From the NCBI GenBank assembly GCA_038882975.1, contig JAVZNE010000008.1, forward strand, positions 1 to 60,120: a DNA stretch of 60,120 nucleotides, in the 5' to 3' direction. Shown here one piece after another: positions 1 through 8,423 of this stretch. Position 1 is the stretch's first letter. Each line of letters starts with the position of its first letter. Source of the DNA: Candidatus Bathyarchaeia archaeon. Its GTDB lineage: Archaea > Thermoproteota > Bathyarchaeia > Bathyarchaeales > Bathycorpusculaceae. The notes under the pieces are model-generated. The model was not told the origin of the DNA and did not search any database. It saw only the letters and a program-made list of their open reading frames with translations. The position numbers were made by a program, and so were the translations under genes.

Positions 1-263
1 CCTTCTTCTTCCCCAACAAGCAATATAGACTTAGATATTACAACGTGTTCATAATATGTTCCTCTTTCAACAAATATTACGTGACCATTTGTAGTTTGCA
101 AATCGTCTATAGCCTCTTGAATAGTAGTGTAATTCAATCCAGTATTTAGATTATGAACACGACCGCCGCCAGCAGCCTTTATCCCAACTTGGTTAACCCT
201 CAAAACCTTCAAAGTAACTAATAAGGCAAATAAAATTAAAATCAAGACATATTTTTTGTTCAT
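1..263 (-). CDS. Secreted NosD/CASH parallel beta-helix protein, N-terminal part (runs off window start)
   Basis: Manual translation MNKKYVLILILFALLVTLKVLRVNQVGIKAAGGGRVHNLNTGLNYTTIQEAIDD...GHVIFVERGTYYEHVVISKSILLVGEE: signal peptide plus the YxTIQEAID/GTYYEHV start typical of beta-helix proteins. Confidence 0.75.
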   Translation of the reverse strand, partial: MNKKYVLILILFALLVTLKVLRVNQVGIKAAGGGRVHNLNTGLNYTTIQEAIDDLQTTNGHVIFVERGTYYEHVVISKSILLVGEEE

Positions 264-626
264 TTATTGCTCATCAAATTTAAACATACAATGACAACTC
301 TTATTACTTGCGGTTTTCAGTTCTCCAGAATTCTTCGCCCCATTTTTTCTATTAGTAACGTCTAACCGAAATTTTTGTTCAGTTTTTGCGTTTTTGTTCT
401 GTTTTTGGCTGTTTTTCGTTTAACGCCTATTAAATGAGACGAAACAATACTATTGTTGCTTCATGCTGTCGGCGCTTGCGCGCGCAAAAACACTTTGAGC
501 ATGATGAAAGAATAGTATTCTTTCGCTTCGTTTATCAGTTTTTAACCGAAAATTTGCTTGTTTTTGAAAAATAGTCGCAAAATTTAAGTTTTTAGCCAAG
601 ATAGTTTGTTATGAGGTGATTCATGT

Positions 627-878
627 TTGAGTGAAGAGGAGATTGCCGGTTTAATGGCTGAGGAAATAGCTAGGGATGCTTGTGAAATGGTTGGGGCTGA
701 TTGTAAAGCAAGGTGTGAAGCTGTCTTGCGCAAGATCATAGTTGAGGGTAAGGGATTTGAGTTGCTGAATGAGCTTTCTGAGGCTGATAAGGGAGCCGTT
801 AAGGAAAAGCTACGGGAACTCGTTGGACAAGCCGAAGAAGGGTCCGTTGAAGCTAGCCTTGGACAACATGAGCCATAA
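627..878 (+). CDS. Hypothetical protein
   Basis: 83-aa ORF, TTG start with GAGGTGA RBS upstream. Confidence 0.55.
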   Translation: MSEEEIAGLMAEEIARDACEMVGADCKARCEAVLRKIIVEGKGFELLNELSEADKGAVKEKLRELVGQAEEGSVEASLGQHEP

Positions 879-1367
879 GCCCATTTTTAGCATTTTATGC
901 GGGCCCCACCCCCTCCTCCTAGGCAATTTAATATCATCGAGGGTTTGCATCGGTTCCCGTTATCGAGTGTGTTTTCGCATATAACGCAGATATACAAGCA
1001 ATAATGCGTTGACGCATTCGTCATCGTATCCGTTACATGCTACGTTATCAACTCTCGATTTCCTATGCATGAATTTCAATCCCTAGAATGAAACCCCCAC
1101 CCCCTATAGGCTAGAGCAAGCATTCAAGAATAGGCATACCGTGCTAGCATATACAGCTAATAATGCCTATTAGGTGTAAGCCATGCATAAATGCTTCCAT
1201 TGCGACTGAATAGTTCAAGAACAAGCAAGCACTACGAGCGAATTTGAGGTCCTGCGAACAACGACAGCTATAATTCAAAACTTGCAGCTTTACGAGGCGT
1301 TTTACAAGCTTAAAATCTCGTAAAGCACATACCGTGACTAAATAAAGGAGCTTTCAGTAGACGTGCA

Positions 1368-1841
1368 TTATCGAAAGTCCTTTGTTTGCTGGGGTTCTCT
1401 TAATTTTTCCTTAAGCTTGTCTTCTAGGGGAGGGAGTCCAAAAATTTCTTCAAGCCTTTTGCGCACCTCATTTAATGGCGGCAACATTAACTTTTTCCCA
1501 ACGTATTCGTCGGCCATATTTTCACTTTCTCGGATAAGCTGGTATAGACTTCTTTCGACAACCTCTTCAACCGGTTCTCTAAAAAGCTCATGGGCTAAGC
1601 TGGATAGTGAAATGTAAGAGCGTCTTCCTTCCCGTTTTACGTTGACAAATCCAAGTTTTTCTAACCTCTTAATTTCCCTTGAAACAGTTGCTCTATCTAA
1701 ATGTGAGTACTCGGACAGCCTTGCTTGCTTTAGGCAAGGCTCGCCTTTCTTATAAGCGTCGTATAAAACGCTCAATAGTTTCCATCCATTTTTTGAAATT
1801 TTCATCAACCTTTGGCCCAATGTTGATTCACGCTTCAACAA
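1368..1841 (-). CDS. Winged helix-turn-helix DNA-binding protein (MarR/ArsR-like)
   Basis: LKQARLSEYSHLDRATVSREIKRLEKLGFVNVKREGRRSYISL wHTH pattern; start may be further downstream. Confidence 0.75.
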   Translation of the reverse strand: MLKRESTLGQRLMKISKNGWKLLSVLYDAYKKGEPCLKQARLSEYSHLDRATVSREIKRLEKLGFVNVKREGRRSYISLSSLAHELFREPVEEVVERSLYQLIRESENMADEYVGKKLMLPPLNEVRKRLEEIFGLPPLEDKLKEKLREPQQTKDFR

Positions 1842-1900
1842 AGGTTACTACTATCCCCCATTTATCAAATACACGTAATTGACGCTTAAAAAACTTGTAG

Positions 1901-2161
1901 GTGCACGGAATGGTTAAGGTAAAAGAAAGCCTTAGACCCGTAGGCGTAATAAAGATCACTGATTCACGCGGCTACGGCTATTTACCAAAGATTTTGAGAA
2001 AGGAAATAGGCTGCGAAGGCAAAGACGAAATACCCTTCTTTATAAACGCTAACTGCGTCTTGCTCGTAAGAAAGGACGCCGACATTCACAAAGTTTTGGA
2101 AGGATTGGACATTCTCAAAAAGGATCTACTTTTGCGGTTTGAGCAAAAGGCTGAGGTGTAA
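1901..2161 (+). CDS. AbrB/SpoVT-like DNA-binding protein
   Basis: KITDSRGYGYLPKILRKEIGCEGKDEI resembles the swapped-hairpin motif; divergent from the wHTH gene. Confidence 0.55.
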   Translation: MHGMVKVKESLRPVGVIKITDSRGYGYLPKILRKEIGCEGKDEIPFFINANCVLLVRKDADIHKVLEGLDILKKDLLLRFEQKAEV

Positions 2162-2164
2162 AAT

Positions 2165-2449
2165 ATGCGGGAAATCCTCTTCAATTACGACGAATTTAAA
2201 AATAAGTTGGATCCTTCAAAGCCTGTGCACCATTGCTTTTATATTAAAGGGCTTGACAAGCACGGCATTTTTTATCGCTTAGAGTTCTGGGTAACAGGAG
2301 TAAGCAAAGACGCCAATCGTATTATTGCCTTCTATTCTGAGAGGCGTTCAACAATAGGCGAGAAAGACGCAGATCAAAAATGGATGGACGAGATGGCTGA
2401 GCGGTTTGCCAAACCCCTTGGATCTACAGAGGGCGAGTGGCGAGAATGA
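2165..2449 (+). CDS. Hypothetical element protein, homolog of 36635-36976
   Basis: Shares SKPxHH, LDxHGIxYRLxF, GxSKD and PLGSTxGxW with the element 2 protein. Confidence 0.75.
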   Translation: MREILFNYDEFKNKLDPSKPVHHCFYIKGLDKHGIFYRLEFWVTGVSKDANRIIAFYSERRSTIGEKDADQKWMDEMAERFAKPLGSTEGEWRE

Positions 2450-3366
2450 AAAAGGGTGCCATACCAAGTTTGAGGTGGCTTAAAGTGACCGACATAAAAA
2501 TTCCAGAGGGTAGGCTCCACAGCCACTTCGACGATCATAGCGATTTTGAGGAAAGCATAAAGGCCGAAGGCGTCATTCAGCCTATCCATGTTTGTGAGGA
2601 TAAGGATGGCGTTTACTGGCTTGCAGACGGCCAAAACAGGCTTGAAGCCCTTAAAAGTCAAGGCAAAACTTTGATTCAAGCCTATGTTGTAAAAGGCTCA
2701 AAACAAGACGCTATCCTCCATAGCGCTAAGCTTAACGTTTTAAGAGGCAAAGTTAACGTTGGAGAATTAGCCGAGTTTGTTCTCAACCTTCAGAAAAATG
2801 GTATGAAGATCGAAGAGATAGCTGACAACTTGCATATGTCTAAAGGCTATGTCAGCATGCTTTTGACGGTAGCTAAAAACAAGGATTTGCTTGGAAAAGT
2901 TAAGGAAGGCTCACTTACAATCAGACAGGCTTATGAGAAAAGTTTGACTGTCAAACAAGAATCTGAAGAAACAAGATATAAAGAGAAGCCAGACGAAACT
3001 GCACCTATCAAGGCAGAGACTCAAAGTTTGATCATCAAACAAGAATTACAAGAAAAACAACCATTAACGGATGAGGATTTAGGCATAACAACCAACCTCA
3101 AACAGGCTTTGGAAGAGGGTAAACGCTTCAAGCCTCTAGGCCCAGAAGATTTGAAGCCTGAAGCCGAACCAAGAAAGACGGAGTATATGACATGCGATTA
3201 TTGTGGAAGGCTACTTTCACGACTGGACGTTAAGTGGATTAAGGTTCACTCTGAAGAATACGATAAGGTTTTGCTGCTCATTAAAGGCGAGGCTGAAAGG
3301 GAGACTCGAAACGAGTCTTCCCGGCCAAGAGGTGAATTTTATGGAGAAAAAGGAGGAGACGCCTAA
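2446..3366 (+). CDS. ParB/Srx N-terminal domain protein with HTH and C-terminal CxxC
   Basis: ESIKAEGVIQPIHV...YWLADGQNRLEALK ParB boxes, HTH (IEEIADNLHMSKGYVSMLL), CDYC near the end; ATG 2446 overlaps the upstream TGA. Confidence 0.85.
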   Translation: MKKGAIPSLRWLKVTDIKIPEGRLHSHFDDHSDFEESIKAEGVIQPIHVCEDKDGVYWLADGQNRLEALKSQGKTLIQAYVVKGSKQDAILHSAKLNVLRGKVNVGELAEFVLNLQKNGMKIEEIADNLHMSKGYVSMLLTVAKNKDLLGKVKEGSLTIRQAYEKSLTVKQESEETRYKEKPDETAPIKAETQSLIIKQELQEKQPLTDEDLGITTNLKQALEEGKRFKPLGPEDLKPEAEPRKTEYMTCDYCGRLLSRLDVKWIKVHSEEYDKVLLLIKGEAERETRNESSRPRGEFYGEKGGDA

Positions 3367-3628
3367 ACAAGGATTGTCAGACGAAGATTTAGGCTTAGCG
3401 CTCGTCGACTGCATGCTGCTAAGCCCACCAAAAGAGTCTAGAACATTAGACGCCCTAATTTTCGAGGTTGAATATCAAGGCAAACGCTACCGCTTAGGCG
3501 TAATAGGCAAAGAAGCATTGGAAAGCGTCAAAAAACACGGCTACAAAGACAACAGTGGCAAAATCCACTTAAAAGTTCCCCAAAGCCTGCTGAAAGAGCC
3601 TATAGGCTGGATTAACGAGGCATATTAA
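3341..3628 (+). CDS. Hypothetical protein
   Basis: ATG at 3341 preceded by GAGGTGA; overlaps the ParB 3' end by 26 nt. Confidence 0.6.
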   Translation: MEKKEETPKQGLSDEDLGLALVDCMLLSPPKESRTLDALIFEVEYQGKRYRLGVIGKEALESVKKHGYKDNSGKIHLKVPQSLLKEPIGWINEAY

Positions 3629-3692
3629 AATGGCAGGCGGACCTTTCTATCTTCTCCTCTTTTTCTGCAAATTTTCAAAGAGGTGAAATGAA

Positions 3693-4019
3693 TTGAAAAT
3701 CGAGGATTTCGAGATTTTCCTCGAGGATTTCTGCGATTTCTTAGACGCTTTAGAAGCTTCGGTTGCTAAGATGAAGCAACAGATTGCCAAACTTGTGGGA
3801 GTTGAGGGGAAGTCAAAGTTTTCATGGAACCCGGATAAAATAAAGTGGGAGAAGGCTCAGGGCTTTAGAGGAGAGTTTGAAAAGAGTGAAGACGTCAATA
3901 ATCCGGAATTTAAGGCGTTGTTGAAGGATTTAGCTCAGCATAATGGCAAGCTTACTAGAAACGGCTGGTTTTACTGGACCTTTAGAAACGGTTCAACCGT
4001 GGGAAGGAAAAAGCGTTAG
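3693..4019 (+). CDS. Hypothetical integrase-adjacent protein (candidate directionality factor)
   Basis: 108 aa, GAGGTGA RBS, N-terminal coiled coil, Trp-rich basic C-terminus, directly upstream of the integrase; function inferred from position only. Confidence 0.6.
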   Translation: MKIEDFEIFLEDFCDFLDALEASVAKMKQQIAKLVGVEGKSKFSWNPDKIKWEKAQGFRGEFEKSEDVNNPEFKALLKDLAQHNGKLTRNGWFYWTFRNGSTVGRKKR

Positions 4020-4046
4020 GCTTAAACGAGAGAGGCATAAGGCCTA

Positions 4047-5195
4047 ATGCTTTGCTGCCCACAGTGTGGCTCAACACTCCTCTATAAAGACGGCTTACGC
4101 TATTTAGCAGACAGTTCAAGCATACAACGATACCTATGCAGAAACTGCGGTTATCGGTTCAGCGAAACCAGAAAACCATATAATGGCTCAATCACAAAAA
4201 GTGAATGTGATGCACACCAAAAGGCGGCCAAGCTTTTGGTGGAAGCCCAAGGGCAAACTGAAAAGCAGGAAGCGGGAGCCACAAAGCTCAGTCAAATGGA
4301 TGTAAAAGGTAAAGTCTTAGAGTTTCTCTGGTGGACCCAAAAGCAAGGACTTGCATATGAAACTATTAGAGGCTATCATTCATGTCTAAGAGCCTTAATG
4401 AACAAAGGTGCCAACCTCTTAGATCCAGAAAGCGTTAAGGAAATTTTAGCTGTGGAAAAGCGTTGGAGTCCAAATCGGCGTAGAAACGTAATAAACAGCT
4501 ACACAAAGTTTCTCAACTTCCTTGGATTTTCGTGGCAAAAACCTAAATGTCATGTTCCAAAGAAGCTTCCCAGTTTTATCCCGATGGAAGCAGAGATAGA
4601 CGCGCTGATAGCCGGCTCAAACAAGACATTAGCATGTTTCCTTCAACTGATTAAGGAAACAGCTATGAGGGCCGGAGAGGCATTTAGGCTTAAATGGACC
4701 GACATAGACTTTGAAAGACGTATCGTAGTTCTAAATGATCCTGAAAAAGGGAGTAGCTCACGCGTGTGGAAGATAAGCACTAAACTTGTTGAAATGCTTA
4801 ATAGTCTTCCGAGAAAAGGAGAGAAAGTGTTTCCAAACAAAAGCTTGGCAAGTCTTAAAAACACGTTTATTGTGACGAGGAAGCGCTTAGCGCATAAGCT
4901 CCAAAACCCACGTTTACTTAGAATAGGCTTTCATACCATTCGCCATTGGAAAGCCACGATGGAATACCATAAGACAAGGGATATTCTGTATGTCAAGAAC
5001 ATGCTTGGACATAAGAAAATCGAAAACACAGAAATCTACATTAACCTTGAAAAGGCCATCTTTGGAGAAGGAGCCGACCAGGAATATTATGTGAAAGTGG
5101 CACAGAAGCCTGAGGAGATAAAAACCCTATTGGAAGTAGGCTTTGAATATGTATGCGAGAAAGATGGACTGCTGTTCTTTAGAAAACGCAAGTGA
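4047..5195 (+). CDS. Tyrosine recombinase/integrase with N-terminal zinc ribbon
   Basis: Catalytic residues R (AMRAGE), K, HTIR, LGH, Y (TEIY); CPQC...CRNC at the N-terminus. Confidence 0.93.
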   Translation: MLCCPQCGSTLLYKDGLRYLADSSSIQRYLCRNCGYRFSETRKPYNGSITKSECDAHQKAAKLLVEAQGQTEKQEAGATKLSQMDVKGKVLEFLWWTQKQGLAYETIRGYHSCLRALMNKGANLLDPESVKEILAVEKRWSPNRRRNVINSYTKFLNFLGFSWQKPKCHVPKKLPSFIPMEAEIDALIAGSNKTLACFLQLIKETAMRAGEAFRLKWTDIDFERRIVVLNDPEKGSSSRVWKISTKLVEMLNSLPRKGEKVFPNKSLASLKNTFIVTRKRLAHKLQNPRLLRIGFHTIRHWKATMEYHKTRDILYVKNMLGHKKIENTEIYINLEKAIFGEGADQEYYVKVAQKPEEIKTLLEVGFEYVCEKDGLLFFRKRK

Positions 5196-5236
5196 AAGAG
5201 AAACGTTAAAAATGTGCGGGGTCGGTAAAAATCATG

Positions 5237-5325
5237 GCGGGGTTGCCCTAGCCTGGTAGGGGGCAGGCCTGCTAAGCCTGTGGTCCGTTTGGGCCGCGCG
5301 GGTTCAAATCCCGCACCCCGCGCCA
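5237..5325 (+). tRNA. tRNA-Ser(GCT), CCA encoded
   Basis: Acceptor GCGGGGT/ACCCCGC, anticodon arm CAGGC-CT-GCT-AA-GCCTG, long variable arm, GGTTCAAATCC T-arm, G discriminator. Confidence 0.95.
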
Positions 5326-5382
5326 AATCAGATTGCCATAAGACCTTAACTATTCAGTTTTATGTATCTTTAAAGAATTGGT

Positions 5383-6127
5383 TTAGATTTGCTTTACCAT
5401 AAGCCAGCAGTCGGTGGAGGGGGTGCCATCGCCGAGTAACAAGTTAATAGTGCGGTATTTAATGGTTGGAAAAGTAAAGCTAACCCAGTATAAAGTCACT
5501 TTGACCAGTATGGTAACGTGGTGGTCTATGTGTGCTTGTGCCAAGTCGTTTGGGATTCCTATGGAACCAACTCCTTCCGCATAAGTGCTTCCCCATAAAT
5601 TGTTGCAAAAATATGAGACGCCTAGAAAAGCAACACTCATATACTTTTTGCCATTAAAATCCTCCTCAAACCTTGTGTAGTCAATCTTGAATCCATAGGT
5701 GGGTGGAATCTGCACTGAGGCGTTGATGTTAATGGGCTCACCACTAACCCATAAAGTCCTGGTGACTGTTATACCATTTTGGTTTGTTGAAGTCGGATAC
5801 CATATCTTCCACATAACCCAATCATTTTTTCCGCAAGTATTGTCTCTGAAAAAAACCTCCATAGTCCACCCTAAAGGAACAAAATGGCAAACAAGATACT
5901 CCATCCAATCCTTTTGGCGCACGCGAAATTTTATTGCAAACTCTTCACTTGCGGTCAGATAGTTAGAGTCAGTTGGGAAAATTGGGAAATATTCAAGATA
6001 GATTTCGCATTTATCGTCCACATACCATTCATGTTTGCATGAAACAGCATAAGCACTCTTAATCTTAGTAAAAGCCGAAATCACTATAAATGAGATAAGA
6101 AAAGGCTAAAGTTATTCTACGCATCAT
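5383..6127 (-). pseudogene. Secreted hypothetical protein with a frameshift in its signal peptide (or an assembly indel)
   Basis: ORF 5383-6084. Removing one base from the A4 run at 6100-6103 joins ATG 6127 in frame, giving MMRRITLAFLISFIVISAFTKIKSAYA. Confidence 0.55.
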
Positions 6128-6315
6128 GGATAACCTACACCTTCTAGAACCTTTCAAGAAATTCGCTAATTCTACATGGTTCAAGTACAGTATCATCAAC
6201 TCATTGCTTTACCCCTTACACCAGGAAAGTTAAGCCGCGACACCACCATTAATTTTTGGTTCCATTTTAGTTTAAACTTTTCGTAGGTTTGGATATATAC
6301 CAAAAGTCCGTGGAG

Positions 6316-6389
6316 TGCCGAGGGCCGGGTTTGAACCGGCGACAACCCGGTCTTCAGCCGGGCGCTCTCCCAGGCTGAGCTACCTCGGC
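6316..6389 (-). tRNA. tRNA-Phe(GAA)
   Basis: GCCGAGG/CCTCGGC acceptor, CCCGG-CT-GAA-GA-CCGGG anticodon arm, GGTTCAAACCC T-arm. Confidence 0.96.
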
Positions 6390-6614
6390 ACGGCTTGGCA
6401 AATATTTGAAAATAAAATTAGGGCCTCTTTAACGTTTCGCTTAAGCCATTGCTTTTTCCATTCTGTTTCTGTTTTAAGCTCCCATGAACGCTGAGGATAA
6501 CTTGAGCCAAAAGTTTTTGTTCCTGACTCTTTGGGAAATTATTCCGAACTGATATACTTTTTGAGAATAGTATTTCAATAAGGGATATATGCGATTTAAT
6601 GCATAGACAAAGGC

Positions 6615-7172
6615 ATGTTGCCATCTATAGAGGAAATAGCAAAGAGAAGGAAGTTGTTGGGTTTAACCCAAGAACAACTGGCAAAGCTTGCTGGTGTGAG
6701 CCAGTCTTTTATCGCCAAACTAGAGTCGGGAAAAATTGATCCATCATACAGTAAGGTAAAAGCCGTCTTCGACGTTTTAGAGAGGGCGGAGACTGGAGAA
6801 AACTACACCGCTAAGACGGTTTTCCATGAAGGCGTTGTGGGTGTTGAGAAAACTGACAAAGTTGCTAAAGCCATAAGCCTAATGATGGAACATGGTTTCT
6901 CACAGTTGCCAGTATTTGATAAAGGAAAATGCGTGGGCTGTGTATCAGAAAAAACGATACTAGGCCAAGTGACAGCTGCCAAAGACCTCTCTAAAGTGTC
7001 TCAAAAACTTGTAGAAGAAATTATGGAAGAAGCGCCACCCCAGATTGACGAAAACGCTCCCCTACAATTGGTTTCAAGCCTATTACGTTTCTATCCTGCA
7101 GTCCTTGTCACAAAAAAGGGCGAGATAGCTGGCATAATAACAAAGGCGGACCTCTTTAAAGTAGTCACATGA
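6615..7172 (+). CDS. XRE-family HTH plus CBS-pair transcriptional regulator
   Basis: LGLTQEQLAKLAGVSQSFIAKLESGKIDP HTH followed by two CBS domains (GFSQLPV, GIITKADL). Confidence 0.9.
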   Translation: MLPSIEEIAKRRKLLGLTQEQLAKLAGVSQSFIAKLESGKIDPSYSKVKAVFDVLERAETGENYTAKTVFHEGVVGVEKTDKVAKAISLMMEHGFSQLPVFDKGKCVGCVSEKTILGQVTAAKDLSKVSQKLVEEIMEEAPPQIDENAPLQLVSSLLRFYPAVLVTKKGEIAGIITKADLFKVVT

Positions 7173-7268
7173 CGCAGAGCCTCCATTTAACCAAAATCCA
7201 ACATTTCCTCTGCGTGAAGCCTATGTCGGAAAAGTTATTGAGGAAATAAGCAAAAAGATGAATCGTCT

Positions 7269-8111
7269 TCAAAGGTTAGCTTTTGGATAGGAGCCTAAAA
7301 TTTTTATGAATAGCGTTTTGTCTCGAAGCTCATTTAGGGCTTCCGAACATTTTGGTTCGTTTTTATGGCCTTCAAAGTCGAGGTAAAAAATGTATTCCCA
7401 TGGCTTTATCCTTGTGGGTCTGGACTCTATTTTAGTGAGATTGATTCCTCTTTTGGCGAACACGCCTAATGCTTCGTAAAGGGTTCCGGGAGCATGTTTA
7501 ACTGAGAAAATTATGGATGTCTTATCGTTACCTGTTGGTGGTGCGTCCCTTTTCGAAAGAATTACAAATCTGGTATAATTGTCTGGAACGTCGGATATAT
7601 TTTTTGCAAGAATTTTCATTCCATAAAGTTCTGCGGCTTTCTTGCTGGCTATCGCAGCTTCATTTATTGAGCCTTTCGCTTTTATTATTTTGACGCTGCC
7701 AGCTGTGTCGTAGGTCGGTATTACCTCGCACATTAGTTTCTCCAAAAATTTGGAGCATTGCGCTAAAGCCTGTGGATGTGAGTAAACCCTTTTTATAAAA
7801 CTTAAGTTGGCGTTGGGGGTTCCTACCAAACAATGCTCTATTTTGAGGATTGTTTCCCCGCAAATCTTGAGGCTGTTAGTTAATAGTAGATCATAGACTT
7901 GGTTCACATCACCTTCAATAGAGTTTTCTATCGGGAGAACGCCGTATTCCGTTGCTTCCAATTGAACCATCCTAAAAACTTCTAGGAAACTTGTACATGG
8001 GACAGGCTGGACTTTGACGCCGAAATGTTTGTACACAGCCGCTTCGCTGTAGGCTCCAGGCTCCCCTTGGAACGCTACTTGTAGGGGTTTTTCCTTCATG
8101 ATAGCCACCAT
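7269..8111 (-). CDS. pheA: Prephenate dehydratase with ACT domain
   Basis: VAFQGEPGAYSE, PIENSIEG, SHPQALAQC, NYTRF, LTKIESRP motifs. Confidence 0.96.
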   Translation of the reverse strand: MVAIMKEKPLQVAFQGEPGAYSEAAVYKHFGVKVQPVPCTSFLEVFRMVQLEATEYGVLPIENSIEGDVNQVYDLLLTNSLKICGETILKIEHCLVGTPNANLSFIKRVYSHPQALAQCSKFLEKLMCEVIPTYDTAGSVKIIKAKGSINEAAIASKKAAELYGMKILAKNISDVPDNYTRFVILSKRDAPPTGNDKTSIIFSVKHAPGTLYEALGVFAKRGINLTKIESRPTRIKPWEYIFYLDFEGHKNEPKCSEALNELRDKTLFIKILGSYPKANL

Positions 8112-8253
8112 TCATGGTTGTTTGCCTACAGCCCCTTAATTTGTCGATTCGAGAAGACGCATATACCTTTCTATTTATGCTTACTAAAGCACCGCGTTTG
8201 AATAATTAATCCGTTGCTTGATAGCGCCTGATTTTCAGTTATAGAACAAAGAA

Positions 8254-8269
8254 CCAAAAAGTATAAATA
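8254..8269 (+). promoter_or_regulatory. BRE/TATA promoter of the aromatic biosynthesis operon
   Basis: CCAAAAAG-TATAAATA ending 26 nt before the leader ATG at 8296, consistent with a near-leaderless transcript. Confidence 0.65.
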
Positions 8270-8295
8270 TGGTAACGTTTTTATTGTTGGGCTCG

Positions 8296-8373
8296 ATGAA
8301 TAATCCAATAGCCACTGAAATTAAACTCGAATTGTGTGAATGTGGCTATTGGTATTACTTCTTTAGCTATTAA
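8296..8373 (+). CDS. Putative aromatic amino acid attenuator leader peptide MNNPIATEIKLELCECGYWYYFFSY
   Basis: 25-codon ORF; 7 of the last 8 codons are Tyr/Trp/Phe; lies between the promoter and the first gene of the aro operon. Confidence 0.75.
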   Translation: MNNPIATEIKLELCECGYWYYFFSY

Positions 8374-8421
8374 GGAGAAACCGCGGCGCCTTTAAACCCG
8401 GTTTCTCTCTTCTGGGGTTTG
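8305..8421 (+). promoter_or_regulatory. Candidate attenuator RNA structures
   Basis: IR CCAATAGCCAC(8305-8315)/GTGGCTATTGG(8342-8352); IR GAGAAACCG(8375-8383)/CGGTTTCTC(8399-8407); alternative pairing TAAACCC(8393-8399)/GGGTTTG(8415-8421) over the putative SD. Confidence 0.6.
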
Positions 8422-8423
8422 TT

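Larger units (their letters stand above)
600..5236. mobile_element. Integrated element 1 (tyrosine integrase, ParB, regulators) next to tRNA-Ser; left boundary not determined
   Basis: Cluster of small hypothetical ORFs, wHTH, AbrB-like, ParB and an integrase ending 41 bp before a tRNA; no att direct repeat found in the window. Confidence 0.7.

Noticed and set aside
361-556. TAACCGAAA motif at about 363 and 543, also reversed near 39205
   Set aside because: Short and AT-rich, so chance recurrence cannot be excluded; no consistent geometry as att arms.
5087-5326. ORFs overlapping tRNAs (5087-5326, 53539-53751) and the many antisense ORFs within housekeeping genes
   Set aside because: Shadow frames of well-supported tRNA or protein genes.
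8137-8162. Short ORF MRLLESTN upstream of pheA on the minus strand, as a second leader peptide
   Set aside because: It has no Phe, Tyr or Trp codons and no associated hairpin.
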